DNA of 64,000 nucleotides from Candidatus Kapaibacterium sp. (GTDB lineage Bacteria > Bacteroidota > Ignavibacteria > Kapaibacteriales > UBA2268). The notes under the pieces were generated by a model that saw nothing but the letters and a program-made list of their open reading frames with translations, had not been told where the DNA came from and did no database searches. The stretch spans positions 5,120,001 to 5,184,000 of the forward strand of contig OY762428.1 of assembly GCA_963665665.1 (NCBI GenBank). The letters are read 5' to 3'. Both the position numbers and the translations under genes were made by a program. Positions 42,766 to 53,285 of this stretch are shown here, in pieces (the first letter of the stretch is position 1; each line of letters starts with the position of its first letter).

Positions 42766-44904
42766 TTATCGTACCACTTTGATGTTTGATTTCAGATTTG
42801 TATTGTTAGATTCCATATTTAAAATATAAGAACCCTGTTCGAGTTGCGAAATATTGATTCTGACAGAATTGTCTCCAATAACCTGGTAGTATTTATCCTC
42901 AAAAACTATATTCCCGTTAATATCATATATTGTAATTTTTGAACAGCTATTGGTTTCTGAATAATAATTGATATTTACAAAATCTTCTGCCGGATTTGGG
43001 TACAGGACAAATTTGTTTTCCGGAGCATTTTTATCATCAATTCCTGAAGAAGTATATTTACTTCGATAAACACCGTTAAAATATGTACCGGCATAAACGT
43101 AATCATCTGAATCAAATTTGAAATCATTAACCCAAATTCCTCCCATACCGGAAGTAATATCTTCCCAGTAATTGCCTCCGTCGGTTGACCTGTATTTTTT
43201 AAGTCTCTGATCGTAGGGAAGTGACTGGTCATAGCTGTGATCGGCATAGAAAATATAATCATTCTTGTTTATACCCATAGCTCTGACTATTCGGCCTGTT
43301 ATAACTTCTTCCCAGTTTAATCCGAAATCAGATGATTTGAAAATTCCCTTTGTGAGCCCGGCATATAATGTTCCTTCTGAATTAAAATCAATAAAATTGA
43401 AATTAAGTGTATCACCATTGGGATATGCAGGCCTGTATTCCCAACCTTCATCAACAGGCATATCTGAAGGATGAAAGATAATACCTGCAACGGTTGCAGC
43501 TGCAATATTTCCTTCGAATTCCCTGATTTCAAGAATCGGATGCTCGGTATTGTAGTATGCAGTGTCCCATGTCTGTCCTGTATCATCACTGTAAAGAATA
43601 CCGCTTATTGTACTGTTCATCAGGTCAAGGTACAAAATCATCCTGTTGTTACTGATCATCGCAAGCCCGTATTGAACCATTGATCCGGCTGCATGGACTT
43701 TATTCCAGGTTCCGGCATTATCAGTTGATAAGAATACCTCTCCGATTTCATTTACAAAAAGTACATTATTCTCACCGGCAGCAAGGGCTGTAACAATTAT
43801 TGATTCCGTTACAGGCAATACACTTTCCCAAACATCTCCTTTATTTGTTGTTTTAAAAAGCCCGCCTTCGTCAGCAGCGGCGTAAACACTGCCGACGGCA
43901 TCAACTGCCATAAAAGGTACAATCAGTTTATTCAGGCCGCTTCCTGCAAATCTCCAGTTTGCACCATCATCGGTTGACCTCCATATTCCGAGGCCGTTGG
44001 AACCGATAAATAAGTTTTCATTGGTATGATCCATACATGTAATATTGGCAATTGAAACACCCATGTCATTCCATTGGCTGCCTTCAAGCTTAAATACACC
44101 TGTAATGTCAAGTCCGTCATTTGCATAAATAACGGGATTATTCTCACTGTCGAAAGTAATGTTGACAACATTTGTGAAATCAGTTCCGTAATTAATATTT
44201 GTCCAGGTTTGGGTTTCAGTATCAAATATAAAAACTCCCTTTGATCCTGATACTGCATAAATATTATTCTCAGCATCCCTGGCAACCTGGTTTACTCTTC
44301 CGTATCCAATACCCTCGTTAACGATATTCCAGGTTGTTCCGCTGTCAGTAGAAATATAAACTCCTGCTGACAAGGCGCCTGCATAGATAATTCCTGATGT
44401 ATCCTGGCATAGTGATGTAACACTTTTGCTTGTCATGTTTTCCCATGTAACGCCCCTGTCCGTTGATCTGTTCACTCCGGAACCGCTGCCCGTATAAACT
44501 CTTCCGTCTTCAGTTGTCAGAATTGTTTTCACATTATAAAAAATAACTTCAGTTTCCGGTTCGGCCCAATTTTCGCCTCCGTCCTGAGATACAAAAATCT
44601 GACCGTCGCATCCGGCAACTGTAAGGCCATCCCATCCGGCAGATATTGTATAGACCATTCTGTTTTGAAGCTGATTTCTCTGAAATACCTGTGACCAGGT
44701 TTCACCGTTATCTTCAGATCGAAATATTTCTGCATCAACTTCGAGGTAAGGATCGCCAAACCCGGCGAATATAATCCCATCTGGGCTGACATCCATCGAT
44801 CTTACAAGTCCGCCATGCGGGCCGTTTGTCTCTTCCCAGAACTTAGCACTCAGGCTATAGTTTATAATTGGCAGGGCAAAAAACAGAAGTAAAATTGGTT
44901 TCAT
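42766..44904 (-). CDS. Secreted BNR-repeat beta-propeller protein with T9SS sorting domain
   Basis: Many S.D.G.TW Asp-boxes; C-terminal LYPNPA...GSYIL. Confidence 0.85.
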   Translation of the reverse strand: MKPILLLFFALPIINYSLSAKFWEETNGPHGGLVRSMDVSPDGIIFAGFGDPYLEVDAEIFRSEDNGETWSQVFQRNQLQNRMVYTISAGWDGLTVAGCDGQIFVSQDGGENWAEPETEVIFYNVKTILTTEDGRVYTGSGSGVNRSTDRGVTWENMTSKSVTSLCQDTSGIIYAGALSAGVYISTDSGTTWNIVNEGIGYGRVNQVARDAENNIYAVSGSKGVFIFDTETQTWTNINYGTDFTNVVNITFDSENNPVIYANDGLDITGVFKLEGSQWNDMGVSIANITCMDHTNENLFIGSNGLGIWRSTDDGANWRFAGSGLNKLIVPFMAVDAVGSVYAAADEGGLFKTTNKGDVWESVLPVTESIIVTALAAGENNVLFVNEIGEVFLSTDNAGTWNKVHAAGSMVQYGLAMISNNRMILYLDLMNSTISGILYSDDTGQTWDTAYYNTEHPILEIREFEGNIAAATVAGIIFHPSDMPVDEGWEYRPAYPNGDTLNFNFIDFNSEGTLYAGLTKGIFKSSDFGLNWEEVITGRIVRAMGINKNDYIFYADHSYDQSLPYDQRLKKYRSTDGGNYWEDITSGMGGIWVNDFKFDSDDYVYAGTYFNGVYRSKYTSSGIDDKNAPENKFVLYPNPAEDFVNINYYSETNSCSKITIYDINGNIVFEDKYYQVIGDNSVRINISQLEQGSYILNMESNNTNLKSNIKVVR

Positions 44905-45165
44905 CTATTTTTCTCCATGATTAATCTCATTTTTCCATTCTGCAAGTTTGAACTCATACGCAGCAATAGTCGCATTAAGTTCAATTTCATGAACGCCGTT
45001 CACAGCACCCCATGATTTATTCATGGCATCATAAGCTGTTTTCAGCAGGCTTTCGAGTTTTTCAATAGTAAAATGCTCGTATTTTTCTTTTTTATGGTCA
45101 ATTGCCCGGCACTGTGCTTCAAATGTTTCATCATATATCTGGTCGTTTAACTCGTCGAAGATCAT
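44905..45165 (-). CDS. Small hypothetical protein
   Basis: 86 aa ORF abutting the next gene with no gap; first gene of an apparent operon with aroC. Confidence 0.65.
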   Translation of the reverse strand: MIFDELNDQIYDETFEAQCRAIDHKKEKYEHFTIEKLESLLKTAYDAMNKSWGAVNGVHEIELNATIAAYEFKLAEWKNEINHGEK

Positions 45166-45340
45166 GCTTGTTTTTTTCTTAGAATAATTAAAAAATAATC
45201 CGCAAGATAATATATTTGACTGTCAAATAAAACAGTCTTTTATTAAAAAGGTTTCAATTATTCTATTACGAAATTACTTTTTAGAATTAAGGCTCATTAA
45301 TAATCTGGAGGTTTATTTTCCAAATTGTGAAGAAATTAAC

Positions 45341-47176
45341 TTATCTCATCATAAGAATTTTAAATGTAATTGTTTTTTCCTTGCCTTTAATATTGCATAA
45401 ATAGCAGTTGGAAAGCAGCGCCTGGCCATTGCCGTCAGTTCCGTTCCATGTTATCTCGTTGCGGCCCGATGGGAAAATTCCTTCGGCCAGAGTCTTTATT
45501 TTTATCCCGTTAATATCCGTTATAAATATTTCCACGTACTCTTCTTTATTCAGATCAAAGGGAATAACCGTTACTGAAGAAAATGGATTGGGATAATTGT
45601 TAAGTCTTATATCTGCGCCGATATTATTAATTTTTCCGGGATATGAGAGTATTATATATTCGGGAGTATAGTACACCGGTTCCCTTCCTGTTATTGTCGG
45701 GCCGGGCGAAAGATCCATGCCTTCCAGCCCTGGATAATCTACATCATAGCGGTAAAGCCTGAATACGGAGTTCCGCATTGGAAAGCCATCCTTCATAACG
45801 GTTTTAATTTCATTGCTGATAACGGGATTAATATATTCCCAAACGACTTCGGGGTAGTTATCAGCATCTCCGGGGGTTACTTCGAAGAAATGTCCTTCAA
45901 CGTCCGCGCATATCAATGTATTGCCGTTTGGCAGACGCTGAGCGCCGGATCCAATGTGGCTGAAAAAGCTTTGAATGCTGAGCGAATGGTACATCCATAC
46001 TATCTGTCGGGATATATTCTTTTTTTGCTTGTGGCTGTCTTTGTCTTCATATTTCCAGACATAATACAAGGCCTCAGGAGGATTAACGAAATCGTCGCTA
46101 ATATCTCCTTCCGCATTAAGGTAGGGATTGATTTCATAAATATAGGACTGGCTTGTCCGCTCGAACATATACTGCCCGTTATTGAATACAAGAATATTTC
46201 CTTCGCCGGGAAGGCCCCGGGGTATCCAGTGGGCGTGATGCGAACCTCCGATTTGCTTGTGGCCGGAAGTTGATGCTGTCCAGTCTTCCAGGATTGACGG
46301 TTTATCACCCTGATTATATCGTGCAGGATCTCCGAACCTGTACAGAAAATCTCCGGCTTCGGAAGCAGCTTTATTAATACTTTCCGATGGTTTATCCGGA
46401 AAGAAGGTATTGTCGTGATCTATAATATAAAATTCGCCCTGAACTGAATTCAGCATTATCTGGCCAGTGTCAGGATTATAATCAATCGAGTTGCAATGCA
46501 GCCAGTCTTTTTTAAGTGGCCTGCCCGGCATGTTGATATTGATCTTCCCCGGGTAATCTGCTATTGTTTTTCCGGCTCCGGTATAGTTAGCCTTCGTGGA
46601 GTCAAAATCCTGAATAATATGATCAAAAAACCACCATTCCCATACAATATTGCCATCCATGTCAATTTCGACAACTGCATCAACCTGGGCTGCATCGTAT
46701 GTGCTTTTTGCAGTGTCGGCACCGGCTTCAATTGCCATTTCATTTGTTATAAATTTATTGGCAATATACAATGTTGTGTATTTACCAAGCTTTGCATTAT
46801 AAATTCTTTTCCAGTCATGGTGGGGAATGTAGTCCTGCCTTTTCTCAGTGTAACTCCAGACGATATTGCTTTCCCGATCAAGCTCAACAAACATTGGTTT
46901 GCCGTCGGGAGTATTTTTAATTACATCCAGGATATTTCCATTTTCAAGCAGGATGGGCTGGAATCCGTATTCCCATCTGTGAATAATATGTCCTTCCATA
47001 TCAATCAGGTAAGTTTTATCGCCCGTAGCGAACAGGTTATAACCTGGGTCGGTTTTCTGTTCGTCCCAATAAATTATTTCCGTTTTCCCGTAATGTGATT
47101 CATAAGCAAAGGCTTGTATTTCAAAAAGTAACAATGCTAAGCATGTTATTATTCCGATTTGTGAGATTCTCTTCAT
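45341..47176 (-). CDS. Aryl-sulfate sulfotransferase-like protein with FlgD/T9SS C-terminal domain
   Basis: PHHDW, DWLHCNSIDY, SHHAHWI, ILVFNNG, GAQRLPNGNTLI; C-terminal NYPNPF...WNGTD. Confidence 0.85.
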   Translation of the reverse strand: MKRISQIGIITCLALLLFEIQAFAYESHYGKTEIIYWDEQKTDPGYNLFATGDKTYLIDMEGHIIHRWEYGFQPILLENGNILDVIKNTPDGKPMFVELDRESNIVWSYTEKRQDYIPHHDWKRIYNAKLGKYTTLYIANKFITNEMAIEAGADTAKSTYDAAQVDAVVEIDMDGNIVWEWWFFDHIIQDFDSTKANYTGAGKTIADYPGKININMPGRPLKKDWLHCNSIDYNPDTGQIMLNSVQGEFYIIDHDNTFFPDKPSESINKAASEAGDFLYRFGDPARYNQGDKPSILEDWTASTSGHKQIGGSHHAHWIPRGLPGEGNILVFNNGQYMFERTSQSYIYEINPYLNAEGDISDDFVNPPEALYYVWKYEDKDSHKQKKNISRQIVWMYHSLSIQSFFSHIGSGAQRLPNGNTLICADVEGHFFEVTPGDADNYPEVVWEYINPVISNEIKTVMKDGFPMRNSVFRLYRYDVDYPGLEGMDLSPGPTITGREPVYYTPEYIILSYPGKINNIGADIRLNNYPNPFSSVTVIPFDLNKEEYVEIFITDINGIKIKTLAEGIFPSGRNEITWNGTDGNGQALLSNCYLCNIKGKEKTITFKILMMR

Positions 47177-47416
47177 AGCAACCTCTAAATAATTTATTTC
47201 CCATTGAATACCAACACTATTTACGGAAAGAGCAGTGTAATAAATTTATTACATACCCTTACTTAAATAAACACTTTTTAGGAAATAATGTGAAAAATTT
47301 GTAACTTTTAGCCGTATTATTCGCTCTTATAAGTAGATGTTGGTATAATTGTGATGCGGATGAAAAAACTCTCCTGATTGAAAAATTGATTTGTAACCTA
47401 CAGAAGGGAGTATGCC

Positions 47417-50128
47417 ATGACTACGCGATTGTTTTCGATGCTTATCGTGTTTTTGTTTTATTTTTCCGCGTCAGCCCAGATGTCATTCCGGGGCGGACAG
47501 CTACCGATAGAACCGGAAGATGATAAATCTTTATCACCATATTTTAAGATAATCAGTGATGATCCTGACCTGGATGAATTTCCTCTTCTCGAAACATCGG
47601 CGGATGTTTCGATTGCCGGAGTGATTGCCGATGTTACCGTTAAGCAGGTTTATAAAAATGACGGTAAAAAGGCTATCGAGGCAATTTATGTTTTCCCGGC
47701 TTCTACCAGGGCCGCCGTGTATTCAATGGTAATGAAGATAGGCGAGAGGACTATTGTAGCCGAGATAAAAGAAAAGGGCGAGGCCCGGCAGATTTACGAG
47801 GACGCTAAGGAAGAGGGGCGGAGTGCATCGCTGCTGGAACAGTCAAGGCCAAATGTTTTCACGATGAATGTCGCTAATATTATGCCCGGCGACGTGATCA
47901 GCGTGGAGATGAAATATACCGAGCTGCTTGTGCCCGAGGAAAATGTTTATGAGTTTTCATATCCTACCGTTGTAGGCCCGAGATATACAAAGCCCAAAAA
48001 GGATGCAGACGGTAAGGACGAAACTTTTACAAACCAGCCTTATACGCACGAGGGCGAGGAACCTTCATATAAATTCGACCTGAATGTGAATATCAATCCC
48101 GGACTGCCGATCTCTGAGATTAAATCGGAAAGTCATGAAATTGATGTGGATATGGTTTCAGAAAATATTGCTGAGATAAAACTAAAACCCGGACAGGAAA
48201 AAAGCGGCAACAAAGATTTTATCCTGAAGTATAAACTTACGGGCGACAGGATTAACACCGGGCTGCTTCTGCATGAAGGAAGGAATGAAAATTTCTTCAT
48301 GTTGATGGTGCAGCCTCCAAAACGGGTGAATAAATCCGAAGTAAATAAAAGGGAATATATATTTGTTGTGGATATTTCAGGCTCAATGAACGGTTTTCCC
48401 TTAGATGTATCCAAGCAACTGATGAATAACCTGCTGCTTAAACTTAACCCCGAGGAAAAATTTAACATACTAATGTTTGCAGGCGGATCGAAAGTTCTGT
48501 CCGAACAATCCCTTGCCGCTACAAACGCCAATATTTTCAGGGCAAATAAATTTCTCGGCGAGGAAAGAGGAGGCGGCGGAACCGAACTGCTCCCGGCTTT
48601 GAAAAGAGCGCTGGCTCTGCCGACCGAAAAAGGAGTTTCACGGCAGGTGATTATTATTTCTGACGGGTACGTTAACGTTGAACGCGAGGCATTCGACCTG
48701 ATAAGGGATAACCTGGATAATTCCAACTACTTTGCCTTTGGTATCGGTAGCAGCGTTAATCGTTACATCATCGAAGGTATAAGCAGGGTTGGAACCGGGC
48801 AGTCGTTTATAATAACATCTCCGAAAGACGCCGCCGAGAAAGCCGACCTTTTCCGCAAGTACGTGCAAAGCCCAGTTATGACAGATATCAAAGTTGAGTT
48901 CAACGGCTTCAAGGCTTATGATTACAGCCCGAAGAAGATTCCGTCATTATTTGCATACCGCCCGATTGTCCTTTTCGGAAAATGGAAAGGCTCTGCGGCA
49001 GGCGAGATAAAGATCAGCGGCGTAAACGGCGATCAGCCGCTTAGCGTTACCATCCCGGTGAAAGTACTATCATCGAAAGATGAAAGCGAAGCCCTGAAAT
49101 ACCTCTGGGCAAGAAACAAGCTACTGACACTCGCTGATTATAATAAATCAATGTTCCAAAACGAAACAAAAGAAGAAATTACCAAACTGGGGCTTGACTA
49201 TAACCTGCTTACTGAATATACATCCTTCGTGGCTGTAGATTCAGAAGTAAGAAATAATGACAGCCTGACAACCGTAAACCAGCCATTACCGCTGCCCGAG
49301 GGAGTGGGGGATAAGGCTTTAGGTTTATCTGCAGGCGCTATCAGAACGAACAGACTTTACTCTAAATCAAAAGTTGCTGCACCAGCACAACATTATGCAA
49401 TGTATGCAATCGAAGAGGAAGTGAAAGAATTTGATGCCGATCATGAGTATTTGCAGCCTGATGTAATGGCTTCATACAACAGTAAAGAGCTTGTGAAGCT
49501 GGCTAAAAAATATTACCCCGAGGAAGCCAGAAAATCACATACTGACGGCGTGGTGCTTGTAAACGTGCAGGTGGATGAAAAAGGCAATGTAAAGAAAACA
49601 GAGATATTCTCAGCTTCAGCAGAGGTTCTGAAAGAGGCCGCCTTCAAGGTGATAAAAGACCTCAGCTTTATCCCGGCCTCAAAGGGTGGCAAGCAGATCG
49701 AGTCCTGGGTAAAAGTCCCGGTTAAATTTGAACTTGACCCGGAGGCTATGGACTTTGTTCGATATACTTTCCAAAATAATACACACCTGATGGAAAATAT
49801 TGGCTCTGGAGTACTTATCTATGACAAGAGCAAAGGAAGCACTTTAACAGCTATGCCGGGAATGACTGTAATACTTCATTACACGGCCTACTCGCCGGAC
49901 GGAACCAAGCTTGCAGGATCGAATGAAAGCGGTATGCTGAAATATAAGATAGGACAGAAACCAAGTATAATCAAGGGGCTGAACCAGGCAATAATAGGAA
50001 TGAAGAGAAACGGTGTCCGCCTGATTGTAATTCCGCCGGAAATGCAAATGGGAACTATGCCTGCTGTTCCGCGCAAGAGCGGCGAGGACCTGATATTCGA
50101 AGTGGAATTGCAGGATATTGAACTATAG
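47417..50128 (+). CDS. Exported VIT + VWA protein fused to TonB-C and FKBP-like domains
   Basis: VIT (IEAIYVFP, ASLLEQ.RPNVF); VWA DISGSM...ISDG; YTSFVAVD; YPEEARK...VNVQVDEKG...VPVKF; IIKGLNQAIIGMK...IPPE...LIFEVEL. Confidence 0.85.
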   Translation: MTTRLFSMLIVFLFYFSASAQMSFRGGQLPIEPEDDKSLSPYFKIISDDPDLDEFPLLETSADVSIAGVIADVTVKQVYKNDGKKAIEAIYVFPASTRAAVYSMVMKIGERTIVAEIKEKGEARQIYEDAKEEGRSASLLEQSRPNVFTMNVANIMPGDVISVEMKYTELLVPEENVYEFSYPTVVGPRYTKPKKDADGKDETFTNQPYTHEGEEPSYKFDLNVNINPGLPISEIKSESHEIDVDMVSENIAEIKLKPGQEKSGNKDFILKYKLTGDRINTGLLLHEGRNENFFMLMVQPPKRVNKSEVNKREYIFVVDISGSMNGFPLDVSKQLMNNLLLKLNPEEKFNILMFAGGSKVLSEQSLAATNANIFRANKFLGEERGGGGTELLPALKRALALPTEKGVSRQVIIISDGYVNVEREAFDLIRDNLDNSNYFAFGIGSSVNRYIIEGISRVGTGQSFIITSPKDAAEKADLFRKYVQSPVMTDIKVEFNGFKAYDYSPKKIPSLFAYRPIVLFGKWKGSAAGEIKISGVNGDQPLSVTIPVKVLSSKDESEALKYLWARNKLLTLADYNKSMFQNETKEEITKLGLDYNLLTEYTSFVAVDSEVRNNDSLTTVNQPLPLPEGVGDKALGLSAGAIRTNRLYSKSKVAAPAQHYAMYAIEEEVKEFDADHEYLQPDVMASYNSKELVKLAKKYYPEEARKSHTDGVVLVNVQVDEKGNVKKTEIFSASAEVLKEAAFKVIKDLSFIPASKGGKQIESWVKVPVKFELDPEAMDFVRYTFQNNTHLMENIGSGVLIYDKSKGSTLTAMPGMTVILHYTAYSPDGTKLAGSNESGMLKYKIGQKPSIIKGLNQAIIGMKRNGVRLIVIPPEMQMGTMPAVPRKSGEDLIFEVELQDIEL

Positions 50129-50141
50129 ATGTTTTTAGAAA

Positions 50142-50535
50142 ATTCATCCGATGACTTGAAGTCATCGGATGAATAGATAAACAGAGTTCAACACTACGCA
50201 GGTGTTGGACATCTTGCTTTTCAGTATGACATTCCAGCCTTATTCAATAGCCACGTGCTCTATCTCGTGGATAAATGAGGCTAAGAAAAAGAATCCACCC
50301 CGTCTCGCTGCGCTCGCCACCCCTCAACGAGGGGAATTATTTGGAAGTCCACCTCCGCCAGCGGGGGACATAAAGCCTCCTTCCCAGGTTGTACTTGGGA
50401 AGGATTATTTCCTGGAATGTTATACTTTGGAATTGTGAAGCACTGCTTCAAAGGAAAACTGCATTGGAAATACAAGTTCGTGATGAGGGAAATTTTTACC
50501 ATATATCCAACTTCTGCCAGGAGTTGAACAACTTC
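50142..50535. repeat. Cluster of REP-like palindromes
   Basis: 33-bp inverted repeat ATTCATCCGATGACTT-G-AAGTCATCGGATGAAT (50142-50174); GCCACGTGCT..CTCGTGGA; CCACCCCGTCTCGCTGCGCTCGCCACCCCTCAACGAGGGGAATT shared with the large elements. Confidence 0.85.
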
Positions 50536-50656
50536 ACAAACAGATTTTACTTTTTTTCAAAAAACTCGGTATCGGCTGAGTAGTTATCTTTCTTTTGAAA
50601 AGATTTATTTGTATTTTGTGTTTCAAGGGAAATTGTTAAATCAAGATATTGAAACC

Positions 50657-53008
50657 ATGGCAAAAAAAGTTGTAAGCAGGAAAAAAGCAGATAACGAAAA
50701 AGTTGTTGAAGATAAAAAAACTATTAGTATTAAGGAATTTAGCCCGTATATAGCAATTGCGGTTTTTATTTTTACCACAATTGTATTCTTTTGGGGCCAA
50801 TTGAGCGGCGGCAGCTACTTCTGGGAAGATTTTACTGAGTATGTGTATCCGGTTCAGTCTTTTGCAGCAACCGAATCGGCTGGATTTGAAATACCTCACT
50901 GGAATCCTTATACTTTTGTTGGTATGCCTTTCGTGGCTGACCTCCAGGCCGGGTTCTTTTATCCCTTTAACAGGCTGCTTAATTTCTTTGTTACCGACGG
51001 ACACCTTTCTGTCTGGGCTTTGCAGTTTATAATAATACTTCATTTCATTATTGCCCAGGCCGGTTTTTTCTTCCTTGCGCGATCCTGGAAGATCAGCAGC
51101 CTCGGGTCAATGATCTCGGCGGTTTCATGGGGCTTTTCGCTCATGCTTGTGTGCCATGTTATACATCCCATGATAATATATCATCTGGCATGGTTCCCGC
51201 TTGTGGTTATGCTTTTCCGCCAGGGGCTTGAACAGAATTCTTATAAAAAGACAATTTTCAGCGGCCTGATCCTTGGTATGTCCATGCTTTCGGGGCATCC
51301 TCAGCTCACTCTGTACGAAGCATTCTTTATTCTGTTAATGGGATTATGGTATTTTATTTTTAATATTAAGGAAAAGAAAATCTCCGGTTCTGCAATTGGC
51401 TTTTATTTGCTCAGGGCTTTTCTGCCCCTTGTAATTGGCGCAGGAATATTTGCGATTCAGTATATGCCTTCGGCTGAACTTGCCGAGCTTTCGCAAAGAA
51501 AAGAAATGACTTACGAAGCTGCCGGGGAAGGATCTTTGCAGTTCCGTCAGCTTTATACGGCTGTTAATCCCAAACTTTTCGGATTTGTGGATGGAAGTGG
51601 TAAAAGTTCCGTTCCATACCATCTGACAATTGACGGTGATAAGGGCAGGCAGCAGGCTCCATACTATTACTATTGGGAATCAGCATTTTACTTTGGTATT
51701 GCTGCTCTTATCCTGGGACTTTTTGCAGTATCAACTTCGTTAAAAGGAAAATCAAAAATATTTTTACTTTCTGCCGGTATATTCGGGATATTATTTGCTA
51801 TGGGGTCAAACGGGTTTATTTTCCCGATATTTTATAATCTGCCATTCTTTGGAAGCTTCAGGAATCCCTCCAGGATGATGTTCTGGTTTGTGTTTGCATT
51901 ATCTTTGTTTGCAGGTTTCGGATTCGACAGCCTGTGGAAAAATATCGGAAATAAAGCTACTTTTACCAGGCTTCTGATAATTGCAGGTTTTATTTCATTT
52001 CTTGCCGTACTTATGGTTACGGGCGCAATTCCATCGGCATTCGACGTTCCGGATCAGGTTGCATCCGGTGTTGCTTCTGCTTCAACAATAATTTTCATTA
52101 TTGCCCTTGCCATTTCAATTGTTGCAATATTGATAAACAAAAAGATACTGAATCCTTTTGCCGGAGGAATATTACTTGTCGTTATAGTATTCCTCGATTT
52201 AAATTTCGCTGGTGCATCATTTAATCAGAGTGAGAAAAATCCGGCTGATGTTTACAAATTACCTGAACAACTAAAGGCTCAGTTTACACCGCAGTTGCCC
52301 GGAAATATTTTCAGGGTGAACACCAGGATGTATAATCCGTCATATTCTGCCATGCAAAGGAATCAGGGTATGGTTGATAAAATTATGCTGACTGAAGGAT
52401 ACAACCCTTTAATACTTGACAGGGTGAAACCTCCGGTACAAACCAGGGAAGAACTGAATAATATTTATAACGTGAAATACCAGATTGATATCGATCAGGC
52501 AGCAAGGCAGCCTGTTTTCACAGAAAAGAACAATTATTTCCCGAGAGCATGGATGGTTCATAACGCGGAGGTGATAAAATCTGAAGATGTAGAAAAATAT
52601 ATACTTGAGAAAAGGCCGGACCTTCGTAAAACTGCCGTAATTGAAGAGGATCCCGGACTGGAACTGAGCAAAACTCCGGATGTATTTGCCCAGGGAAGCG
52701 CCGAGATTAAGGAATATGATAATAATTATATCAGTGCACATGTTTTATCCGACATGAACGGACTTCTTTGTTTCAGCGAGATTTGGTATCCGGCCTGGAA
52801 AGCCTATGTTGATGGTAAAGAAACAAATATGCTGCGTCTTGATTATTGTTTCAGGGCCGTGCCGGTTCCATCAGGTGATCACGTTGTGGAATTAAAATAC
52901 GAATCAGCAGCTTTTTCCGGCGGGGCAACAGTAACATTAATAACTTTGCTTCTTTCAATTGGCGGCCTGGTTTTTGCTTTTATTAAGCAAAAGGCAAAAG
53001 CTGAATAA
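50657..53008 (+). CDS. YfhO family membrane protein
   Basis: PHWNPY...G.PF.AD.Q..FYP, GHPQ, FRNPSR, FPRAW, SEIWYPAWKAYVDG. Confidence 0.88.
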   Translation: MAKKVVSRKKADNEKVVEDKKTISIKEFSPYIAIAVFIFTTIVFFWGQLSGGSYFWEDFTEYVYPVQSFAATESAGFEIPHWNPYTFVGMPFVADLQAGFFYPFNRLLNFFVTDGHLSVWALQFIIILHFIIAQAGFFFLARSWKISSLGSMISAVSWGFSLMLVCHVIHPMIIYHLAWFPLVVMLFRQGLEQNSYKKTIFSGLILGMSMLSGHPQLTLYEAFFILLMGLWYFIFNIKEKKISGSAIGFYLLRAFLPLVIGAGIFAIQYMPSAELAELSQRKEMTYEAAGEGSLQFRQLYTAVNPKLFGFVDGSGKSSVPYHLTIDGDKGRQQAPYYYYWESAFYFGIAALILGLFAVSTSLKGKSKIFLLSAGIFGILFAMGSNGFIFPIFYNLPFFGSFRNPSRMMFWFVFALSLFAGFGFDSLWKNIGNKATFTRLLIIAGFISFLAVLMVTGAIPSAFDVPDQVASGVASASTIIFIIALAISIVAILINKKILNPFAGGILLVVIVFLDLNFAGASFNQSEKNPADVYKLPEQLKAQFTPQLPGNIFRVNTRMYNPSYSAMQRNQGMVDKIMLTEGYNPLILDRVKPPVQTREELNNIYNVKYQIDIDQAARQPVFTEKNNYFPRAWMVHNAEVIKSEDVEKYILEKRPDLRKTAVIEEDPGLELSKTPDVFAQGSAEIKEYDNNYISAHVLSDMNGLLCFSEIWYPAWKAYVDGKETNMLRLDYCFRAVPVPSGDHVVELKYESAAFSGGATVTLITLLLSIGGLVFAFIKQKAKAE

Positions 53009-53056
53009 TTTCTTTATTTATTGGTCTTATTTGAAAATTTTGAAGACAATGAAAAA

Positions 53057-53170
53057 TGTCATCCCCCGATAAATCGGGATCTTCGACTGAGCTCAGCGAA
53101 GGATTCATTCATCAAAAAAATCTGATGGAAAAAATGGATTCTTCAGTAGCAAGCTCCTTCAGAATGACAT
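53057..53170. repeat. REP-like long inverted repeat (GTCAT...GAAGGATTC / GGATTCTTC...AGAATGAC)
   Basis: Same family as 32694-32942 and 61073-61163; contains the short palindrome CCCGATAAATCGGG. Confidence 0.7.
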
Positions 53171-53285
53171 TTGCCAGAGTTCTCATTTTATATTGTAAAA
53201 AATCACAATATAAGAAAAATGAATTTTAAACGAACAGATGATTCAGCTATAACAAATGATTAATTCTTTCATTATTGAGCATTAA

